From assembly GCF_006345805.1 (NCBI RefSeq), contig NC_042998.1, positions 134,788,001 through 134,852,000 on the forward strand: a stretch of 64,000 nt of DNA. Reading direction: 5' to 3'. A program made the translations under genes and the position numbers. This document shows, piece after piece, positions 1-10,241 of this stretch (within the stretch, counting starts at the first letter, position 1; each line of letters starts with the position of its first letter). The DNA comes from Octopus sinensis (taxonomy: Eukaryota). The notes below the pieces were generated by a model, which saw only the letters and a list, made by a program, of their open reading frames with translations, was not told the origin of the DNA and did not search any database.

Positions 1-237
1 TTCTTTTACTCGTTCCAGTCAGTTTATTCTGACCATGCTGGAACACCACCTTGAATGGTTATAGTTGAATAAATCGACCCCAGTGATTATGCTATCAGTC
101 TCTTTTTGCTGAACTGCTAAGTTACAGGGGTAAGTAAACACACCAACACTGGTTGTCAAGCAGTGAAACTGAACCCAGAACCATGTGGTTGGGAAGGAAG
201 TATTTTTACCACACAGCCACACCGTTACATATATATA

Positions 238-284
<47 letters not shown>

Positions 285-365
285 TATAATGAGCTTTTTT
301 TAGTTTCTGCCTATGAAAATCTACTTACTAAGCAATGGCTGGTTTGAGGTTATAGTAGAGAGCAT

Positions 366-1408
366 GGATCTTTTCAATCTCAGTCACAGATTTTTGAATT
401 TTTTTTAACTAAACAGTTTCAAACTTCAGATAATGGTTGAATGTGTCACTTAGAACACGGTTTACTCTTAACATTTTTGACAAAATTTTGTATTTTAGAA
501 GTTATTTCATGTTAAAGTTGTCGTATTTGGCTACTTTTAACCAATCAATGATGTGTATTCAGCTGAAGAAAGTTACTGCTGTTTGCGTAAATAATGGAAG
601 AGCAACAACATCAGGGTCATCGACCCACCTGTTTTGGACGCTGCATATGTATATGTCTATGCACATACACACACACACCAATACATACATGCAATTTTTA
701 GAATGCTGAGGAAAGGAAAGAGAAGTGGGTGTGAGGAATACATAGCTTTGAGGGAGGGGGATTGTGAAGCTGACGACAGCTGTTCATGCTGTCCATCACA
801 TACACACACACTTTCAAATGTAAAGCTGATAAAACGCCCGCCCCGAATGGAAGTAAGAAAAAGGAGAGGGTTTAATAAATTAATATGCAGTAGTAGGGCA
901 TTGGTAAGTTTATATAAGCTGTCATTCAGATCGTCAACACACCACCACTCTCTCCATTCTCTCTCTATGATTTGCTGGAAATAACAGCCAAATCTCTCTC
1001 AGTGTCATACGCTAACATTATATAAACGACAGGACACATTGAATACACATGTATGTATTCCCTAAAAAAGAACTTTGTTTTTCTCACCCACCTTTCCTAT
1101 CTTTTATACTTTTCTTCCACCTCTCTCTCTCTCTCTTTTTCATGACCCAATGACCCAGAAGTTGTTGCTCTTCCATTACTTTTGCAAACAGCAGTAACTT
1201 TTTTCAACTGAATACATGTCACTGGTTAAAATTACCCAAATATAACAACTTTAACATGAAATAACTTCTAAAATACAAAATTTTGTCAAAAACATTAAGA
1301 GTAAATCATGTTCTACATGACACATTCAACCAGTATCCAAAGTTTCAAACTGTTTAGTTATAAAAAAAAAATTAATTCAAAAATCTGTGACTGAGATTGA
1401 AAAGATCC
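366..1408. mobile_element. non-autonomous DNA transposon/MITE with ~255-bp TIRs (Merlin- or Mutator-like)
   Basis: 366-620 and 1150-1408 are inverted copies starting GGATCTTTTCAATCTCAG; imperfect 8-bp TSD gagagcat/gaaagcac; interrupts a SINE. Confidence 0.7.
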
Positions 1409-3294
1409 GAAAGCACTTACCTAAGGAGCCAAGCAGTCGGACAGAACCTGAAATCATGAAGTTGGGATGCAAACTCCTTAACACACATCTTCACCTGTGT
1501 TTATCATTTAATTTCTTAAAAAAATTGTTTACCATTGCCCACTTTTTTTTCTCAATAAAATGCGAGTGGCACATAAAAAGTACCCTGAACACTCTGCTAA
1601 GTGGTTGGCATTAGGAAGGGCATCTAACCATAGAAACCATGCTACAGCAGATAGTTGGAGTCTGGACTGCTCCATGTCAAACCCATGGCAGCATGGAGGG
1701 CAAATGTTGAATGATGATGTTCAGTATTATAAAATTCTAAACAAAATCAAAGATAATTAAAAATATGCTGCTTGTTCTAAGATATTTATATATCTAAGTG
1801 CAAGCATAGCTCTATAGACATGATGTTCATTTCACAACTGCAGGTTTTGGATCCAATCCCACTGCATAGCACCTTAGACAAATGTCTTCTAATGAAACTT
1901 GGATTGACTAATGCCTTATAAGTGGCATTTGGTTGGCAATATTTGTGCAGAAATCTGCTCCGTGTGTTGTGTTTCTGTGAGTATTAACCAGGGTAAAATA
2001 TTAAGTTGCATCCCTTTATACCGGAAGGTAACTTAACCATTCAACAGAGATCAATAAAATAAGTAATGGCATTGATGTGATATCAACTAAAACCCTTGAA
2101 GGTAGTATTCCAGCATGGATGCAGTACAATGACTGAAACCAATAATAAAAGAAAATATATCCATCTCTGCTTTCTATAATGCTATGTGACTGAGAGATAA
2201 ATCTACAGCAATGGCCTTTCCCCCTGATAGTAGCTTTTTACTACTAAGTGTGATAGACACATTCACACAGAGATAGGATACAGACTGCTTACCTCTCAAC
2301 TGATTGTTCAGTACCTTATTAACATGTCCAACCTACATTTAATAAAGATAATTTTTAACTCCGGACTCTGTCATGACCTACTTCAGTGGTACATTCAGTC
2401 CCATTGCCCCATTTAACACCACTCTCTGGCATCTTGGGTGCCTTTAGCTGAGTTCACTCTGTTGTAAACATTTCAGACCAGTCTCTGATTTAGAGATATG
2501 TTCTCACTTAGTAGCCTTGAAAGTCCTATAAAAGGCCATGGGGACTGCCTCCTCTCCTGGCAAAAAAAGGGGGGGAAAAACCCCCAACTATTTAAAAAAA
2601 TGAAATAGTGAAAGTAGGAGTGACAGTGCCCATGACATTTACTAGTCCTGGGAAGACCAATAAAGGTAGAAGTTCTAATTCTCTCACTATCATGATCATC
2701 ATCTTAATTTTTAATGTCTATTTTTCCATGCTTGCAAAGCTCAGATGGAACTTAATGAGATAAATGTTTTGTGGCTGAATGCCTGTCTTGTCAACAACTC
2801 TCACCTATTTCCCAGTAGGGTGACATTTCCCCATGGCCAGACATATTTTCACAGAAGATTAGATATAAGGGACATAGCTTGCATGACCACGACACTTGTT
2901 TACAACCACCAATGTCAAGACACAGGGACATCTAAAACAAGATAAAATATGTTAAAATTTTAAAATGATTTTGAAAGCAGGATTTAAGACACAACACAAA
3001 AGCCGAGTTGGTGAATTGCTTAACCCATCACCATCATCGTTTTTATGTCCAATTTTTCATGCTTGTCTTAGTTGGATGAAGTTTAATGAGGCAGTTTCTT
3101 TTACAGCCAGATGCCCTTCCTGTTGCCAACCCTCACCTGTTTCCAAGCTAAGTGATATTTTCCCATAGTTGGACAGGCTTTTGCATAATATTAGATATAA
3201 AAGACACCGCTTGTATGACAGTGACACTCTTTTACATCTATCATGCAATGTCAAGACAAGGAGACACAAATATACACATACTCTCAGATATACA

Positions 3295-4575
3295 TAGCAA
3301 ACTGAGTAAAAAGTAAGCAAACTTTTGAACCATGAAGAATTTGTACCACATTTTTACAGAATTTTGAATTTTTTTTTAAACATTTTTTTTGCAATTGTCT
3401 GAAAATACAGACACAGACTTGTCAAATGCATCAATAAATTAACATTAATATTTTTTTCATTGTTGTTACAATTATCTGAAATGGAACTGTCAAAGCACAA
3501 TATTTGAGCCATTTTGCTATTCAACTTCAAAATAAGAATGTAAAGTAGCTGAACTGCTTGCGATATCATTGAAACATTTGGTGAAGAAATGACTAGTGAG
3601 TGGTCAGCTCAAAAATGGTTTAAATGATATCATAGTGGACCCTGAGCCTTGAAGATCGTGAGTGTAGTGGACACCCATCTGTCATTGATGACGGTCAATT
3701 ACAGACTGTCATTGAGAAAGATCCAAATAAAACCCACTCAAGAACTAGCAAAAGAACTTCAAGTTAGTCAGAAAACTGTCAGCAACCATTTGCATGCGAT
3801 CAGAAAATCAAAAAATTTTGGCAAATGGGTACCACATGATTTGAATGAAAATCAGTAAATGCGCAGATATGAAATTTGCTTGTTGCTTCACCTGTGTAAC
3901 CAGACCAATCCATTTCTTGACTGCATTGTAACTTACAATGAAAAATGGATTTTGTAAAACAATAAAGAACATTCTTCACAGTGGTTGGACCAAAATGAAG
4001 CATTGGAAAACTTCCCTAAACCCGAGCTCTTCAAAAAGAAAGTCATGGTGACTGTTTAGTGTGTACTGCTGGACTCATCCACTATAACTTCTTAAAATCC
4101 AGAAAAATCATTACTGTAGAAACATATTGTCTTAAAATTGCCAAAATGAATGAAAAACTGTTACTCCTCCATACCAGACTGGTCAACAGAAGAGGGCCAA
4201 TCATGACAATGTTTTCTCATGACAATGTTTGACCACATTTCACTAATTACGCTCCAGAACTTGAGGAACTTGTCTACGAAGTTCTTCCCCACCCAGCTTA
4301 TTCCCCAGACCTTCGTCCTACCGACTACCAATTTTTCAAGCACCTTGATGGTTTCCTGCAAGAGGAGTTCAAAAATCAAATTGATGTTGAAAGTGTGTTC
4401 AAAGAGTTCCAGAACTCCAGATTTTTATATTACCGGAATAAACAAACTTGTAACTCGTTGACAAAAATGTGCTGTTTGTAATGGTACTTATTTTGATGAA
4501 TAAAATTTCTGCATTGTTGAAATATATTGTGATGAATTTCATGTTTCAAAACGTTGCTTACTTTTTACTCAGCCT

Positions 4576-4581
<6 letters not shown>
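3295..4581 (+). mobile_element. degraded mariner transposon
   Basis: ~40-bp TIRs (CTGAGTAAAAAGTAAGCAA); broken transposase pieces KWVPHDLNENQ, IVT.NEKW and PS.YQFF. Confidence 0.88.
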
Positions 4582-4643
<62 letters not shown>

Positions 4644-4849
4644 TATACAAACATGACAGACTTCTTTCAGTTTCCATCAACGAAATCCGATCACAAGCCT
4701 TTGGTTGGCCTGGACTACGGTAGAAGACACATGACCAAAGTGCCACAATGTGGGACTGAACCTGAAACTGTATTCTTGTGAAGCAAACCTCTTAACCACA
4801 CAGTCATGGTTGCCATCAGTAAAAATTCATATCAGTCGTTCAAATTTCT

Positions 4850-4855
4850 TTTATT
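4850..4855 (-). promoter_or_regulatory. candidate THADA polyadenylation signal AATAAA
   Basis: AATAAA on the minus strand ~330 nt past the stop codon; AT-rich context makes it unspecific. Confidence 0.3.
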
Positions 4856-5179
4856 AATTGATGTGATGTCACACTCACACAGACAAGTTTGAGAAATACT
4901 TGAGAAAAGAAACACATTGTAGCCAGCAGCTCATTAATGCAAAAATGAGCAGACAACAGCGGATTACAGGAGAACAGCATTGAACAGAGATAATAATATA
5001 TATACTTATTATTATTATTTAAAGCAGGTTGATTCATCTCTATGCAACTTTAAGTTTCGCAAGCTTCTTTATATATATATATATATATATTATATAAATA
5101 TATTATATATATATTTATACTTATATATATACACACACACAAATACATATCGTTGCAAAGAGTGAGTCTATGGCCATAT

Positions 5180-5734
5180 TCATGTCTTTGTGTAATATTG
5201 GGATATTTGACTGGCTAATGTGTAGCACTTACATTGCAGTGTATCTCTTATATTTACAGATGAACCAAAGATGATATTAATCTGCTTGGAAATGGTATCA
5301 CATTCTTGAAAGAATTGCTGGTAATCTTTGGGTAGTAACATTTTCTGAAGATAAAACAAAGATAGTAACAGTTTGTAGGTATCTAAACAATCTGTCTGGT
5401 GAGAAATTATGTCGAAGAGAGACCCCATTGTTGTTTGGCTTTTCATCTGTGAAAGGCGGCTAATGAGTAACCGTGAGGTCAAACTGAATTCTTCTTTGAT
5501 ACGCTCAACAGAAGATTCTTTAATGTCTTCTGGTTTTATGCATGGTAGATTTGGTAATGGTTGGCTGTAGCAGCTTGTATTTTTCAGTGGAGTCTCATCA
5601 GGAAGTAATTGGCAATTAGAGATGAATGAGTCATTGATGACACAATCTAGATAAGAGGCCACAGTTTGTACAAAGTTCATTTCATCGCGATATGTGTTCA
5701 TTTCACCACGGTCAAAAAGCCTATCTTCTGTATC
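5180..5734 (-). CDS. THADA: THADA terminal exon ([18 protein letters not shown]...QYYTKT-stop)
   Basis: cacag acceptor; [11 protein letters not shown] corresponds to the vertebrate EDYLFEKAEVN region; 555 nt to the stop codon. Confidence 0.85.
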   Translation of the reverse strand, partial: DTEDRLFDRGEMNTYRDEMNFVQTVASYLDCVINDSFISNCQLLPDETPLKNTSCYSQPLPNLPCIKPEDIKESSVERIKEEFSLTSRLLISRLSQMKSQTTMGSLFDIISHQTDCLDTYKLLLSLFYLQKMLLPKDYQQFFQECDTISKQINIIFGSSVNIRDTLQCKCYTLASQISQYYTKT

Positions 5735-5848
5735 CTGTGAGAAAACATAATAGAAGAAACATTTAAGAGTTTTTCATGTACATTTAAGATAATTAATTAT
5801 TCGTGCATACAAATATACATACACACAAGCATATATGCACATGTGTGT

Positions 5849-5927
<79 letters not shown>

Positions 5928-5932
5928 TATAT

Positions 5933-5965
<33 letters not shown>

Positions 5966-6393
5966 GCATGTGTATGTGTGTGTATATATATATATATATA
6001 TATACACACACATACACATGCTAGTATGTAAAACAGACACATTAAATGATGACACAAAACATAACAAGCAAAACATGATCCCCTTATTCATTTATATATT
6101 TTTACACCGTCTTGCTCATGTTTGTATGGAAAGTGAACATAAAATGATTATAACATACCTACCCACACACACAAGCACTTCTGCTTGTTACACCTCCATT
6201 TTCCCATTTTGGTATGGGTTGAGCAAGGGATTATTTGAGGCAACAGTTTACAACAACATGTTCTTCCTTATTGCCAATACTTACTTGTTTTCAAAGAAAG
6301 GATATTTTAATTTCATTAGTCTTCCAAAGCACAGAGAGACCAGTTGTAATGTCAGCATTCTCATAAAAAATGTACATATATACACACACACAC

Positions 6394-6424
<31 letters not shown>

Positions 6425-6662
6425 CATATATATATACACACATATATATATATACATATATACATATATATATACATATATACATACATATATACATATA
6501 TACATATATATATACATATATACATATATATATACATATATACATATATATATATATACATATATACATATATACTATATATATACATATATACATATAT
6601 ATATATATACATATATACAATATACATTATATATACATATATACATATATATATATACAATA

Positions 6663-6719
<57 letters not shown>

Positions 6720-6880
6720 ATACATTATACATATATTTACATATATACATATATATACATATATATATATATATACATATATACATACATATATATATAC
6801 ATATACATATATATATACATATATACATCTATATACATATATACATATATATACATATATAGATATATATATACATATAA

Positions 6881-6978
<98 letters not shown>

Positions 6979-6991
6979 TACATATATATAG

Positions 6992-7024
<33 letters not shown>

Positions 7025-8909
7025 ACATATAATAGAAATATTAAAATTACTAAGTCTCTTCTAAAAGAGAACAACGGCAGCGTTCCCGGAAAATATTAGT
7101 TATCGCCATACTAATATGGCATTCTTATAAAAATAAGAATAAAGCTGACCGCTTATTAGCTCCATGAGGCCATCACCTTAAGTTAGCTATTTGATACACA
7201 AACTGTATCCATATAACCTTTGAACAAGGGAGGTCAGTCGCTCCACACTACTTGGCCGGCAGCTACAGACGCGTTTCGGGGTATTGCCCCTTTTCAATGC
7301 AGCGTAGCCAAACCAGTAGGTGTCGCTTCCGACAATCTCTGTTCAAAGGTTTTTTTTATTTACTAGCTTCGGTGGAATACATCCACTTGTTTTCAATAAT
7401 AGAAATATTAAAAAATACTAAGTCTCTCTAAAAGCAAAGAGAACAATCGGCAGCGTTCCGGAAAATATTAGTTATCGCCATACTAATATGGCATTCTTAT
7501 AAAAATAAGAATAAAGCTGACCGCTTATTAGCTCCATGAGGCCATCGCCTTAAGTTAGCTATTTGATACACAAACTGTATCCATATAACCTTTGAACAAG
7601 GGAGGTCAGTCGCTCCACACTACTTGGCCGGCAGCTACAGACGCGTTTCGGGGTATTGCCCCTTTTCAATGCAGCGTAGAGACTTAGTAATTTTAATATT
7701 TCTATTATTGAAAACAAGTGGATGTATTCCACCGAAGCTAGGTAAATAAAACCTTTGAACAGAGATTGTCGGAAGCGACACCTACTGGTTTGGCTACGCT
7801 GCATTGAAAAGGGGCAATACCCCGAAACGCGTCTGTAGCTGCCGGCCAAGTAGTGTGGAGCGACTGACCTCCCTTGTTCAAAGGTTATATGGATACAGTT
7901 TGTGTATCAAATAGCTAACTTAAGGCGATGGCCTCATGGAGCTAAAAGCGGTCAGCTTTATTCTTATTTTTATAGAATGCCATAAGTATGGCGATAACTA
8001 ATATTTTCCGGGAACGCTGCCGTTGTTCTCTTTTAGAGAGACTTAGTAATTTTAATATTTCTATTATTGAAAACAAGTGGATGTATTCCACCGAAGCTAG
8101 GTAAATAAAACCTTTGAACAGAGATTGTCGGAAGCGACACCTACTGGTTTGGCTACGCTGCATTGAAAAGGGGCAATACCCCGAAACGCGTCTGTAGCTG
8201 CCGGCCAAGTAGTGTGAGTCGACTGACCTCCCTTGTTCAAAGGTTATATGGATACAGTTTGTGTATCAAATAGCTAACTTAAGGCGATGGCCTCATGGAG
8301 CTAATAAGCGGTCAGCTTTATTCTTATTTTTATAAGAATGCCATATTAGTATGGCGATACTAATAATATATATACATATATATATATATACACACACACA
8401 TATATATATATATATATTATACATATATATATAACAACACACATATATATATATATATATATACACATATATATATGCACATATATATATATATATATAT
8501 ACACATATATATATATATATATATACACATATAATATTACACATATATATATATATATATACACATATATATATACACATATATATATATATATATATAC
8601 ACATATATATACCACTATATATATATATACACATATATATACACATATATATATATATATATACACAATTATATATACACATATATATATACACATATAT
8701 ATATATATATATATATATACCATATATATATATACATATATATATATACACATATATATACACATATATATACACTAATATATACATACATATACACATA
8801 TATATATACATACATATATATATACATATATATATACATATATATACATATATACATATATATATATACATATATACATATATACATATACATACATATA
8901 TATAATACA

Positions 8910-8941
<32 letters not shown>

Positions 8942-10156
8942 CATATACATACATATATATATATACATACATATATACATATACATACATATATATATAT
9001 ATACATACATACATACATACAAATATAAATATATATATACACATATATATATACATATACATACATATATATACATATATATACATATACATACATATAC
9101 ATACATATACATATACATATATACATACATATACATACAATATATACATATACATACATATATATATACATATACATATACATACATATATATACATATA
9201 CATACATACATATACATACATACATATACATATACATACATACATACATATACATACATGTACATACATACACATACATACACATACATACATATATATA
9301 TATATATACACATATATATATATATATATACACACACATAAATATACATATATACACACATACACACACACATATATATATATACACACACACATATATA
9401 TACACACACATATATATACACACATATACACACACACATAAATACACATATACATATATACACACACAAATATATACACACATATAAACACACAGACACA
9501 CACACATATATATAGAAGAATCAATTTATTAGATGGTGTCCAATAAACATCATCAAATAACTGGAACAGGTTTTGATGCTAATTATTTATTTCATTTAAC
9601 CAGACAGCTGTTTCTGTCATAAAAGACCATATTTCAGGTCTACAATTGACAGAAATAACTGTCTTGTTAAATTAAATAAATAATTAGCATCAAAACCTGT
9701 TCCGTTTATTTGATGACATTTATTGAACTCTGTCTAATGAGTTGAGTTTTCTAATGGTTTTTATGTATATATATTTATAGGGAAATGAAAGGAATTCCTT
9801 AACTAAAGTACAATACAAAAAACATTGGAAACCTAGAAAATAATGAAAAAAAAAAATATATATATGTATACATATATATACATATGTATATATATGTATG
9901 TATATATATAGACATCCAAAGTCAGGACACCATGATAGATCGTTAGCTCCTACACGCATTTTTTTCTCTCCTTGTTTTTTCTGTGTATCTTTCTGTCGAA
10001 GAGCATAGGCTCGAATCGTAAAAGACTTTTTCTATTTCTATTCCTGGGCGCTATACTAATACATTTATTTGTTTGTACTCCACCTGCCTTTGTTTTTTGT
10101 TTATTTTCGTAAACTTTCCTGTTATACATAGACATATATATATACTGTATATATAT

Positions 10157-10201
<45 letters not shown>

Positions 10202-10210
10202 TATGTATAC

Positions 10211-10241
<31 letters not shown>

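Larger units (their letters stand above)
7031..8365. mobile_element. head-to-head tandem array of ~360-bp hammerhead-bearing monomers (retrozyme / Penelope pLTR-like)
   Basis: About 1.8 copies in one orientation (7031-7678) and about 1.9 inverted copies (7679-8365); each copy has an identical hammerhead core. Confidence 0.85.

Noticed and set aside
7752-7769. PLNRDC peptide resembling the LNRD.G end of Penelope GIY-YIG endonucleases
   Set aside because: Only six residues, preceded by a stop; too weak to call the monomer a Penelope coding remnant.
7559-8208. Duplicated ~90-aa ORFs ([14 protein letters not shown]...) in the ribozyme array
   Set aside because: They are antisense read-through of the non-coding monomer, start at non-ATG codons and differ between copies by indels.
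5774-9524. Long YI/CV-rich ORFs (up to 404 aa)
   Set aside because: They are translations of TA/CA microsatellites, which lack stop codons in these frames; they are not genes.
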